Assembly: GCF_036321535.1 (NCBI RefSeq)
Contig: NC_087436.1
Span: forward strand, 99,512,001-99,576,000
Source: Camelus dromedarius
Taxonomy: Eukaryota
Length of the DNA: 64,000 nucleotides
Reading direction: 5' to 3'
Shown one piece after another: positions 51,661 through 63,770 of this stretch (its first letter is position 1; each line of letters begins with the position of its first letter). The position numbers were made by a program, and so were the translations under genes. The notes under the pieces were generated by a model. That model was not told where the DNA came from, did no database searches, and worked only from the letters and a program-made list of their open reading frames with translations.

Positions 51661-53021
51661 TATCCTTGGGCTATCTACTCAGAAATAGGATTTCTAGATC
51701 ATATGGTAGTCTATTTTTAATATTTTGAGGACCCTATATACTGTTTTCATAGTAACTGCACCAGTTGACATTTCCACCAACCGTGCACAAGGGTTGTCTT
51801 TCCTCCGCATTATCACCAACATTCGTTATCCTTTGACTTTTTAGTGATAGCCATCCTAACAGGTGTGAAGTGATATCTTATTGTGGTTTTGACTTGCATT
51901 TCCTTGATATTTAGTAAGGTTTAACACCTTTTCATGTACCTATCGGTCATTTGGGTGTCTTTTGAAAAAATGTCTGTTTTGATATTTCACCCATTTTAAA
52001 ATCAGGTTATTATTATTATTGTTTGCTACTGGGTTGTATGAGTTCCTCATATATTTTAAATTTTATCCTCTTATCAAATATATGGTTTGCAAATAGTTTC
52101 TCCCACTCTGTAAGTTACTTTTCATTTTGTTGATTATTTCCTTTGATGTGCAGACTTTTTTTTAGTATACAATCCCACTTTCATATTTTCATATTTTTTG
52201 GTGTCATATTTTAAAAATAAATACCAAGACCAATGTCAATAAGACTTTTCCTTATATTTTCATCTGGCAGTTTTATAGTTTCATGTCTTTCATTTAATTA
52301 TTTAATCCAATTTGTGTTAATTTTCTGAGTGATGTAAAGTCAGGGTCCAGGTTCATTCTTTTGCATGTGGCTATCAGGTTTTCCAATCCCATGTGCTGAA
52401 GAGACTATCTTTTCCCTGTTGTGTGCTCTTGGAACTCTTGTCAGAGATGCTGACCACAAATATGTGTATTTACTTTTGGACTTTCTATTTTGTTCCATTG
52501 ATCTATGTGTCCGTTTTTATGCCAGTACAATCCTGTTTCGATTATTATCTCTTTGTAATGAAGTGTGAAATCAGGACGTGATACTCACAGGTTTGTTCTT
52601 TTACTAGACTGCCTTGGGTATACAGAGTCTGTTGTGGTTCCATGTGGAAAAGACATTGGGATTTTGATAGGAATTGCATTGAGTCTGTAGAGTGCTTTGG
52701 GTAGAATAGACATTTTTACTTCATTTGTGTCTTTTTCTATTTCTTTCATCAATATCTTATAGTTTTCAGTGCATAGATCTTTCACCTTCTTGGGTAAATG
52801 TATTCCTTAGTATTTTATTGGTTTTGATGCTAAATAGAATTGCTTTTTAAATTTCTCTTGATAGTTCATTGCTAGTCTGTAGAAATTCAAATGATTTTTG
52901 TGTCAATCTTGTATCTTGCTACTTGACTAAATTTATTAGTTCTAACAAGGTTTTTTTGGTGGAATCTTCAGGGTTTCTTACATATAAGATCATGCCATCT
53001 GCAAACATAGACAATTTTACT
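51661..53021 (-). mobile_element. L1MA-type ORF2 fragment (decayed)
   Basis: ORF 52585..52785 reads [40 protein letters not shown] (L1 ORF2p); tttgcagatggcatgatc (degenerate FADDMI) at ~53000. Confidence 0.92.
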
Positions 53022-53181
53022 CAAAATTTTTTTCATTGTTTATGATAACTAAATTTAATAGAAAATCTACCTAAACATCAAATTAGAGATATCACACGGG
53101 AAAAAAAAAAAAAAACACTTCCAACACTATCAAGGTCCTCAACTTTTAAGTGTTTTTTTACTTAGACTTAAGCTTAGGCAT

Positions 53182-53229
53182 TGTATTAGTCAAGGTTCTC
53201 CAGAGAAACAGAAGAAAGTGGATAGATAA

Positions 53230-53281
<52 letters not shown>

Positions 53282-53745
53282 GTACAAGAGGAGATTTATT
53301 ATAGGATGTGACTCACACACTTACGGAGGTTGAGAAGCACCACAATGTGGTGTTTGCAAATTGGAGAACCAGGAAAGCAATTCAGTATAATTCAGTTTGA
53401 TTCTGATGGCCTGAGAACAGGAAAACCATTGGTGTAACTCCTGGTCTGAGACCAACCCCCAGTTCTGGATCACCAAGTGATTGAAGCACAGGAGAAGATG
53501 GACTTCCCAGTATAAAATGAGAGCAAGAATTCACCCATCCTACACCTTTGTGTTCCATTCAGGCCCCCAACAGGTTGGATGATGCCTGCCCACATTGATG
53601 AGGGCACATTTCTTCATAAGTCTACTGAATCAACTGCTGATCTCAACAGGAAACACCCTCACAGACACACCCAGAAATAATGTCTTACTGGCTATCTGGT
53701 CATCTCTTACTTCAGTCAAATTAACATATAAAACTAACCATCACA
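53182..53745 (-). mobile_element. ERVL solo LTR (MLT2B-like) with internal (GATA)n
   Basis: tgtattagtcaaggttctccagagaaacagaa...cacagacacacccagaaataatg...aactaaccatcaca; near-TSD GGCAT/GTCAT. Confidence 0.92.
53221..53281. repeat. (GATA)n STR
   Basis: About 15 units, one of them imperfect. Confidence 0.95.
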
Positions 53746-56229
53746 GTCATTTGCAGCTATGGCTTCTTTTAAAGCCCTTGGATCCAGCACCTGCTACAGT
53801 GCTTCCCAGTGTCTTCTTTGTGACTTGTGGATCACTCAGCTTTCTTGAGTGCATTTTTGGTTGTGTTGTCTACTTGTTACACTACTCTAAAGGTCACTTA
53901 CATAGTTTTTATGAAGGAGAAAAATAAAATGTAATTATTTTCTTCCTCTGAGACTTTCTTTTTCTATTTTGCACCTTTCACATCAAACAAAAAAATCCTT
54001 GCCTTTATTTTTAAAGTTTTATACTCTTTGTCTTCTTTCTCCTTAGAGCCTTTGTATCACATCATCTCTCTATGTTATATTATTAATATCTATGCTCAAG
54101 TTGCCATGCTGACAAGAATCATCAGTTGGCTGCTATATCCCTATTTAGATGTGCATTAAGTACATCCCAATGTGAAAAAAAAGCACATTATAATCAAAGG
54201 ATAATTTATCTATCAAGCTCCTCTAATTTAACACCCTGATTCAATTTACTGTAATGCTCCCAAATATCTATAACAGTACAGTGTTTGGAGATAAAAATTC
54301 AAATTTAATCATAGTACTAGTTTAAAGTGTGTTTTATCATGACTTGCTCTCACAAAATTTCTGCAGAAGTTTGAAGAAGACATTGTAGCAATGATTAATA
54401 GAATATTTTTCAAATTTTCATACTTGAATAAGTTATCTAAAACTCAGAACATTTCCTATAAAAATTTATGTCAGAGAGAGTCATTTAAATTCTCAGTTTT
54501 CTAACCTAAATAATTTTACCTACCATGTAATTTTCATATAAGTCATGAACTATGAGTCTTTCTGAATCTGATTTCTGGGCTTTCTTATGTTTTCTAAGTC
54601 TCAAGAGAATAGATAATTAAGCAGATAATTAAATCTGTGTATCTATACCCAAAGTGGATTAGTTACTTTGGTAGATGTGAAAACGCTTTGAAGAGCAACA
54701 AGTTCTGGTTACATGTCCTCAAAAACTGATTCTGACAGAAGGTGGCATTGGTGGCAGCAATTGGCTCTGTAAATGGCGGATTATTACAGATAATAATCAG
54801 ATGAAGGATTTGTTTTTAAATCAAATGTTTGTAATAAGGGATGGGCTATATTAGGAATTCTGGATAATCCACATGGGATAGGAAATATCAATAGTCCATT
54901 TTGACACACAAAGAGAGTTTCTAGCCTTGTAATTTTATTTTGATGAAATTGTCTTGACACACTAATGGTTCTCTACAGTAAACTATACCTGGTAATGAAA
55001 TCACTGTATTTCAATGAGGTAAAGATATGTCTATCCTTCCAAAATTAAATCAGTATTTGTCATCAAATATCCAGAGACTCTGATGCTTATGAATTTTAGA
55101 AAGTTGTAATTGACTTTAGAACTTATAACACATCTAAATCCTACCAAATGCAGAACCATTTTTTTACCCTTCAACATTTTTTGGTTCACCCAACCTAATG
55201 TTCTTTAATCTGCAGAGAGTACAGCAAAGATAACATCATAGTTAGAAGAGAAAAGACACTCTTTTGACCATGAAGAACAGTAATTGCTCAAAAAGGTAAA
55301 AGGCCTATTTGATGGTAAGACCCTTAGAAAAGTAATCCATAGAAGGTAGCCAAACCGTTGATTCAGTCCAATAATAATCAAATTAGAACTCTCCCCTCTC
55401 CTCCCAAATTAAATTTATTCCAACAGAAGTTTTTTTTTTCTCCTATAAGGTTCTTAGTAGACACCCTATTTTACTTATTTCTTCATCTGTTTGTCTTGGT
55501 GTTTTGAAGAATTAGCACATGCCTAGTATTTTATCATTTCCAAGGAAAGAAACCACCAGATGCCAAGATAATTAAGTCTTATTATTTCAACCACACAACC
55601 ACAATTCTGGGTTTCCTATCACAAATTCCACTTGTTGTCAGATAATGCCCTTTATTGCTGGCAAAATTCTGGGTCTAAACTCTTATCTAGTACCTTTGCC
55701 TCTTGAATTCTGTTGGGTCACAGTTTGACCCGGTAGATGAAAGATGATTTGTTTGAAATCTTTTGACTAGTCCTTAGAATTCCAGAAGATTGAGTTACCT
55801 ACTTGTTGCCTCCTTTTCGGAAGACTCATACCATGGTCTTGGCACTCTAAATCTTAATATGCTGACTACAAAACAATAAAAAGTAGAGGGTACAATATAA
55901 TGAGAGTTTCCCCTTAATACTCAAGGCACTGAAATACTAAAGTATTGCCCTGTGTGTACCTTCTCTGGGCTGCATGCTGGTTCAGCTTACCCTTCAGAAC
56001 CCTGCTATGGAAGCAGAAGACTTTCTCATTCACCAAAGTCAGCTACACTGGGGAAAGAAAACTGACATCTAATAAGTCTAATTAATCAAATCAGCTCTTT
56101 AGACCCCTCTCCACTTACAATCCCTGTAGTTTCTTTAGTTTTCCTACATAATGCTCCATCCCTTAATACAGTAACCTATTCTGTTACTTACATAACTGCA
56201 ACTGAGTATGTTACTTACTACAAGAAAAT

Positions 56230-56520
56230 ATTAAACCACTTTCAACTACTTTTAGTTGTGTGATATTGGATAAACAATCGAAGAATTTGCTCTTTTATTC
56301 CTCATTTATAATTACAAAGAATAAAATAGAAATTATGTACCTAAATTAATAATTAAATAAAAATAGGACATGTAACTAAATTCATAAAATAGAAATTTAT
56401 ACAATAGAAATTATCAACCTAAATTAATAATTACATAAAATAGAAATTATGCAATGAAATTAATAATTAAATGATATAATTTCTGTAACATAGTGTGATA
56501 TTTTATATATAGTAAGAACC
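56230..56520 (+). mobile_element. MIR remnant with internal AT-rich tandem duplications
   Basis: ctactttttagttgtgtgatattggataa...cctcatttataa, then repeated aaaatagaaattat/aaattaataatta units. Confidence 0.55.
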
Positions 56521-56540
56521 AATTAATTTTGGTTATTTTT

Positions 56541-56617
56541 TAATATATTTTTATTGAAGTACAGTCAGTTTACAATGTTGTGTCAGTTTCTGGTGTACAG
56601 CACGATACTTCAGTCAC
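56541..56617 (-). mobile_element. ~80-bp L1 3' tip with TSD
   Basis: ttattgaagtacagtcagtttacaatgttgtgtcagtttctggtgtacagca; flanks attttggttattttt / atttcagttattttt (13/15 match). Confidence 0.8.
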
Positions 56618-59600
56618 ATTTCAGTTATTTTTATTGCTATTTTTTTCCTTATGTTCTGTTTCTTGCATGAATACCACTAAGAAAAGTTTTCAAACAAGCT
56701 CTAGGGAAAAAAAATGTGTTTTCATGTAAGAAATTTAAATTTCTTCTAACTTAAAATATTGAGAGTCATTACTGGCTATGATTCTCATTTAATTTTGAAC
56801 TCCCAGAAAATCAAACCATGCATGAAGTTCAGCTTTAATAACTTAGTAGAATGGCAGTCTGCATATCTTTCTACCTTTTAAGTATTTCCTTGGTCCTGAC
56901 CTATATATTTGGTGGCAATTTTTATCTAGTTATATTTTATTATTTTTATCATATGCATACTTATAAACTGATTACTCCTCTGTAGAATCAGGGGACATAA
57001 ATAGATACACACCTTCCTTTATATAATATTGCTCTGGAATAGCTGAGCATTTCAGAGACAGGATCCAAGCTCATTCTCTAATGTTATCTAATTAATGTTT
57101 TTGACGTTTGGGGCAGAGCTAATAAAAACTGAACTTTTATTCCTCTAAAATTAGGCAATCATCCACACCCTTAACCTCCCCAAGAAATTCAAATCAGTGT
57201 AAGAAAATTAGGGCTTACATAAATATGTGCACTGTATTTCATTTTAAAGAGTGTAGGAGATAATATTCTCTTAAACACAGATGAAATTTCACATACTTTA
57301 ATAAAGTAAAAAAATCTAAGAGATACAGTAACTGTTACATGAGAAAATACATAAAGTAGTTGTTTTGCTTCTCTTTCTCTTTCAAACAATCTTGTATATT
57401 GTTCTGCAATTATATCCTTCGCATTCTAATTTTATTATTTTAACTTCTTTCTCGGAAATGTACAGAGGATTCTTAAATTCCTTAGCAAATACAAAGTGAA
57501 CATATCAACTAAATACTATTTTGTCCAGGCTTAAAGATACAATTTTATGTTATTTGTTGAAAGTATTTCCACATTTAAATCATAAAAATCAGTTTGCAGT
57601 TGACTACACATCTCATATTGATTCCTGCCTCTGAGGCCTCAGGCAGCTAGTCTCTGTTTACACTCTATAACCTCTTGCTTCACCACATAACATCTTTTCA
57701 AAATACTTGTTTAAGAAGTTCACCAGCAACCTTTTCTGGAAAGTCTCACCCAATTCTAAACCCCATCACATTAGATTGCAACTTGTTCATTCTTTCAACA
57801 TCAATATGTCAGTTGTTGGGTCTTTGTGGTAGCACCCACTGTTATAAACTAAAAAATGGAAAAGGACCATGAAGAAAAAAAACTAAGTAATATGTCTGCA
57901 TCCTAAACCACAAAAAGTATTTATATATCTTCTTGGGACATGTAAGTTGGGACTCTCACTGGAAGGAGCCAACATTCATTGACTGCCTAGTATTTACCAA
58001 GAGACTGTATGCTAGGCAGATCTAGGGTGATATTTATTTGTATCTAAGTAATATGTCTCCACGTTATATAATGTGAAATAGTGCTCCATGTTCTAACCAA
58101 AATTCAAAACAAGGAAAAAACCAACAAACACTTCTTTGTACTGATCCATTTCTATCCTAATTCCTTCCTCCCACAGGTAACAAATTTTAGTTACTTTGAC
58201 TGATAATTCTGTTGGCTTAGGAATCTCCATAGTCCTAGTTAATAAACTGTTGCTTTACAAAATACTCACATACAGACATTATCCACCTACATTTCTCCTG
58301 TAGATGGTGATACTGATGTAATACACATGCTCTAGATATAATATCCTTAATCCACCACACAAATCACCTTTTAATGATACCTTAACAGTCTTGTGATCAA
58401 CATAATTTTACTCCCTACAAGTAGTCTATGACCCTTAAAATCAAATGCTTTTTTCCAAAATAAGATTAGAAATCTGATAAAGATTCTCACACCTCATTAA
58501 ATACTCTATGGTGAGGGAGATTTAGGTCCTAAGCAAACAGTGACAACATTGATCTTCAATAAAAATGAAAATGAAAGAGTCATAAGTTCAAAATTCTGTT
58601 TTCAGCTGTTGTTTAGAGTATGGGTTAGGAAAGTGCTGTTAATGGAAGATCAGATGATGACTGTGTAGCACACCTTTAACTCTAGGAAGACTAAGATCTC
58701 AAGGAATGGTCAGGATCCATGTATTTAGAGCAGTAAGTTATAACCTTGACCTTGAAGAATCACTTTCATTTTACGTGTGGCAGACTTAATCAAGGGAAGA
58801 TACAAGATACAGCTTTATGAAAACTGGTGCTCTATTTCCTTGCTTGCTCTTAAGAACATCGTGTACTAATATTGCTTGTAAAGCCCTACCTGGCAATTAA
58901 TTAGAGATCATTGTTGAGATTGTTTTTGAATTGACAGTAAAACATGTTACTAATCATGTATTTTAAAAAATTTCTTGACTGCTATAACTTTCAGTAATAA
59001 CATACATCAATTGACCTTCAAATACATTATATTATACTACAGAATGTTTCTATCTAAATTCTAATTGAAATTTGTATAATTCTGACCCCTTTCTTTTTCT
59101 TTAATTTCAATTTTGATATTTGTAGAAAAAATAAAACATCTTCCTTGGGTATAAATTCAAATATATGATCCCAAATATTTCTATAGTATTACTTTTCATA
59201 ATTTTCAAAGGAAGGCTGATTTTGTGGGAGAAAAAGATACACCAGAAGATAATAATTTTCAAATATTGTTTTACATACATGAGTCAACATTAATAGTATT
59301 CTCTGATGTTTTATAATACATTTGCTAAATTTTTCAAAGATATACTTGTAAATAATAGTAAATCCAGTAGTAGCTATTGGCATTCATTATTTAAAGATGT
59401 AACATCAATATTTTAAATTAAGTATACTTTCAGGAAAAACTATGTCTTTAGGATTCCTTTTTGTTTCAGCAACAATATCCCTTGGTCTATTATGTAGAGA
59501 TAATTGTCTCTTTTCAATGTAAAGATATTTTCTTAAGTTTGGTGAAAATTGTCAAGTCCCCCTCATAAACAAGCAGAAATGGTTTGGTTCATTATGGTCA

Positions 59601-60048
59601 ATTATAACACTTGATATTTGAAGACATGAACGGTGATGCCAAGACATAGAGATTCTATCTCAGAGTTCTCGCCATCATATAAAGCTTTTCCATCAAAGCT
59701 TAAAGAACATTTATTCTTTTATATTTTTATTGGCCTGGAAGTTTTATTTTTTATTCATGTATTTAAGTCACTAAGCCTTACTTTGAGAATCCAAAGTATT
59801 TGCTAAATAACAGTAACACAAAATTGTTGCCTTAAAGCATCAATACCTAACAGGGTCATACTTTCCCTGGTCCATAAACTAAGTGATATGAAGCACACAG
59901 ATAAAAATAGAATGATTGTAAAGGCTAGAGATTCAATATCACTTTGTCAGTAATTATTACCTGAGAACTTTAAGAAACAATGTAATTGTAGCCTTTGGCA
60001 ATAATTAATTTTGAGGGTTTAGTATATTAAATTTGAGAACTAAAACAA

Positions 60049-60232
60049 GAAGGACCTACTGTATAGCACAGGGAACTATATTCAATTTCATGTAATGATC
60101 TGTAGTGGAAAGGAATATGAAAAAATATTTGTATGTATATGTATAACTGAATCACTTTGCTGTATGCATGAAACTAACATTATAAATTGACTACACTTCA
60201 ATAAGAAATAGGAATTTAAAAAGTTAAAAAAG
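60049..60232 (+). mobile_element. Short L1 3' end with 12-bp TSD
   Basis: aaggacctactgtatagcacagggaactatattcaa...actgaatcactttgctgta...ctacacttcaa; TSD GAACTAAAACAA at 60037-60048 and 60233-60244. Confidence 0.92.
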
Positions 60233-60444
60233 GAACTAAAACAAAATATTTTGAGATGTTCTCTTATTCTTCTAAGTCATAACGTTGTTTTGTTGCTCAG
60301 TCCAGTTTCTTTACACCACGGTACAGAAAGCACTCTTAACAATGTAAGTAATTAATTACTTTATTCTACATAGGAAGTGATGTGTTGATGGACACAACAT
60401 TGCAGTACCCATCCTGATAATTTCAACCAGGACAGTTTTAAGGA

Positions 60445-60650
60445 AATAGTGAGGTGTGCTTGAATGAGCATGGACTTCGAAATCAAAGAGACTGAACTTG
60501 AATCTTGATTTTGTCATATCCTAGCTCTGTCCCCAGGGTGAGTTACCAGACATCTCCACTTCACTCTGTGTATATAAAATTACTATTCTGTCATATGTGG
60601 AATTGAGAAAAATATTACAAATATCAGGCACTTTATAAGGTGTTGCTTCC
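60445..60650 (+). mobile_element. MIR SINE remnant
   Basis: gagcatggacttcgaaatcaaagagactgaacttgaatcttg...ctagctctgt...gagttacc. Confidence 0.7.
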
Positions 60651-60989
60651 TTTTCTTTTTCACCCTTCAACATCATCACTTTAGATATCTTAAATATTAT
60701 ACCCTCAACTTCCTCATTCGTCTTTTCAAAATTGGGGAATCATCAATCCCATGCAGAGACCTTAGCTTTAGTCCTAATGATAGCTTTGCCTCAGAGGAGA
60801 CGTTTTGGAAATATTGACTCCACATCAAGGAAGGGAACCAATCACCTTTCAAATTCTTCAGGAATTGCAAAGAAGAAATCATTCCAGATAAAATGTCAGA
60901 CTGAACATTTCCATTGCAGTTTTCAAAAAGCCAGTGCAAACTGTGACCAGGAATTGAGTCAGAATTTAGACCTATACAGGTAAATTTCT

Positions 60990-61850
60990 CTTTTCTCCTT
61001 GCAAGTTTAGAATTACAAAATATCTCACTTCAAACATTGAGCTTGATGGATCTGGAGAGATTTTATTCCATCAAAATTTCCTCTTTTCCCTGTATTTTTA
61101 ACTCCTTTCTTTTGTCTTGATGCTTACTTTGCATTAGATAAAAATATATCCAAATGACTCCCACTTGAAAATTAATAAACATTTCTCTCATCATCCCATC
61201 TTTTCTTAATCCTGCTGTGTCTCTCCTGTTGCTTTCCTCATATGGTTGGATGAAAAAGTGGTCTACATTCAATATCTCAATTTTGTTTCCATGTACTTTT
61301 GTCTTTTCATCTCACAAAATCTATTGCTGCCCCAGTATTTACGGGTGTCTTCAAGTTGTGAAATCGGAAGGATAATTTCTTATCTTATTTAGTATGTGAC
61401 TCTGTTTTACCACTCTCACTTACTTTCATCACAACTCTGTCTGTTTTGCAGGATGTGTTTCCCTTTCTTTTCCTGTCTTTCTAACTCTTCTACTGCACAT
61501 AATACTGTATTTCTCTGGCTTCTGTTCTCAATGATTTTCTTTGTACAACCTCATCAACTCCCTGGACTTCATATTATGCCGTATAGACTGATGATTAACA
61601 ATACTGTTATTCCCAAACCCAGAACACTCTTTTGAGCTCTAAATTCATATACCTAATTTTCTCCCGGATGATTCAACTTGGATGTAAAATAGACATCTCA
61701 GTTTCAGTATATTAAAAATTGAACTCATCCTTTCCTCAGATTTTCAGGTTTTCTCCATGTGAAAGCTGTCTATATCACTGATACAGCTTCCAAGGGCAGA
61801 AACCAGTATTTGATATATCTGCCTATTCCTTATCCCCACCCATCTTATTC
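60990..61850 (+). mobile_element. LINE-2 ORF2 fragment
   Basis: tcatattatgccgtatagactgatgatt (YxDD-like region)...tttgagctctaaattcatatacctaa...catctcagtttcag...attgaactcatcc. Confidence 0.7.
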
Positions 61851-61854
61851 AGCC

Positions 61855-62070
61855 ATTTAGTCATTCAAAGCATATCTGTTGGCCACTCAGTTTATGCTAG
61901 ATTCTGTGCTAGAGGCTTCAGGTATAATGATAAACAAGATAAACAATAACTGTTCTCTCATAGTGCTTAGGAGCTAGAGGGAACCGGGTAGACAATGAAA
62001 AAGTAACAAATAAATAAAGAATATGGTTTTAAGTAATGGAAAGTAACAAAAATATTAAGCATGGTGGGGA
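61855..62070 (-). mobile_element. LINE-2 3' terminus
   Basis: tcattcaaagcatatctgttggccac...ctgtgctagaggcttcaggtata...aaacaagata...ctctcatagtgcttag. Confidence 0.7.
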
Positions 62071-62079
62071 AAGGGTATA

Positions 62080-62940
62080 TCATTTATGATTAGATTTCTT
62101 CACATGAAACAGAAAACCTAAAATAACAGTGACTTCTTAATTTCTCTCTGATGGTAGAGAAAGTCCATCTGTAGGTAGTTCAGGGTTTGTATAGTGGCAT
62201 CATTTTCTTGTGAGACGTTTTAGCCACTTTTTTCCTACAAGTCTCACATAGAGTTTCTGTTATGAACTAATGTTTATGTCTCTGCAAGATTAACACGTTG
62301 AAACCCTATCCCTCAATGTGACAATAATAGGAGGTAGGGTTTGGGGGCAGGAATCAGGGTTAGATGAGGTCATAAGAGTAGAGCCCTCATGAGTGGGATT
62401 AGTGTTCTTATGAGTCACGAGAGATTTTCCTGCCTGTCTCTGCTCTCAGCTGTGTAAGGATACAACAAGAAGTTGGCAGTCTGCAAACCAGAAGAATATT
62501 CTAACCAGAACCCAGCCCTGCTGGCACCCTGATCTCAGACTTCCAGCTTCCTGCACTCTGAGAAATACATTTCTGTTGTTCGTAAGCTACCCAGGCTCTG
62601 GTACTTCGTTACAGCAGCCTGAGCTGATCAAGATACCTCCCAACTCAAAATCGCTTCTCAGTTCATGGAGGCTGCTGGGACTTCAGCCGTTGAGTCTAAG
62701 CTCCAGGTAGTGGAAAACAGAACGCACAGAAGAGGAGAAAGAGGGACATTCCGAAGAAGTTGACACCTTCCAATGCTATTTCCTGGAGACTCCAAAAATC
62801 ATGTTCATTTAATTCTAATCATCTACATCATGCTGAAAGAGATGCTGTCTTTTTGGCATTTTCATTGCTACTTGGAGTGCAATAATGTCATGAAGGAAAG
62901 CAAGGGGGAAGGATGCGGGTGGGCAGATGTCTCTGCCATG
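62080..62940 (-). mobile_element. MLT1J-like MaLR LTR, split by MLT1A0
   Basis: aacagaaaacctaaaataacagtgactt...tttctctct...gtaggtagttcagggtttgtatagtggc; resumes after 62635. Confidence 0.65.
62258..62635 (+). mobile_element. MaLR solo LTR (MLT1A0-like)
   Basis: tgttatgaactaatgtttatgtc...ttagatgaggtcat...ctggcaccctgatctcagacttccagc...gttacagcagcctgagctga. Confidence 0.9.
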
Positions 62941-63099
62941 GGTGGCTATTACTTGCCCTTAGCAGGGACGGCCTTTCTAAAGCAGTAGAATCTTAGCACA
63001 TATTTTTTGATCATAACATAATACTAATTTCATCCTCTTAAGAAACCATTTCAAACGGCTTTCTAATCTCTCTTACCTTTTCCCCTGCCCTCTAGGAAA

Positions 63100-63770
63100 G
63101 GTCATTACCACCCCTCCCCTTCCTTACAGCATCTTCTCCCTAACTGGTCTCATGTCCCCCGTCTGGTCACCATGAATCAATCTTCCATGATGCAGCCCTA
63201 GAGATTTTTGAAATATAAATCTAATCTTTGAACTTCCTTGATTAAAATCCTTTAATGTTTTCCATTGATTCAAGGCATTATCCACAGAAATCTTCCGTGA
63301 AAAATCTCCCTGACCACCCAAAATTTTATTTTTTCTCAGTCTCCCACTAAATTCTAATTTCTAGGCATGAATAATGGCCGTAAAATTTTGAGTTTTTCTT
63401 ATGCCCCCAATAACAATTTGAAGTTGTTGACCTCTCTTTCAAGTATGCCCTTTTCCCATCCAACTATTTCTAGCAAAAAATACACATTTATTTTTATAAT
63501 TCACTCACTTGTCACCTGTTAGTATAAGCTGTTCCTGAATATCATACTTTCCAGCCACGGCTCTATTTTTAAACATACAAACCATTTCTGAAGCTCCGCT
63601 GCTTACAATTATCATTAATTCTTACTGTTCTGACTATTGATCTTCCACGATAAACTGCGAACTATGATAGTAGGAATTGTGGCTTTTTTTTCCTCCCTGT
63701 ATCCAATTGTCTCTCTCTGAGTCCAGCCCATTTCAAGTACCTAGGAAGGTTTTCTTGAGTGAATTAAACT
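63100..63770 (+). mobile_element. LINE-2 3' region
   Basis: ttccttgattaaaatcctttaatgttttccattg...taaactgcgaac...ttcttgagtgaattaa. Confidence 0.65.

Noticed and set aside
56026..56046. Kinase-like VADFG peptide on the minus strand
   Set aside because: Followed by a stop two codons later, with no other kinase motifs nearby.
2637..63321. Most ORF-track entries (60-140 aa) as genes
   Set aside because: They are short, low-complexity (F/L/I/K-rich), often start at non-ATG codons, and many overlap repeats or microsatellites. None resembles a cellular protein family I recognise.
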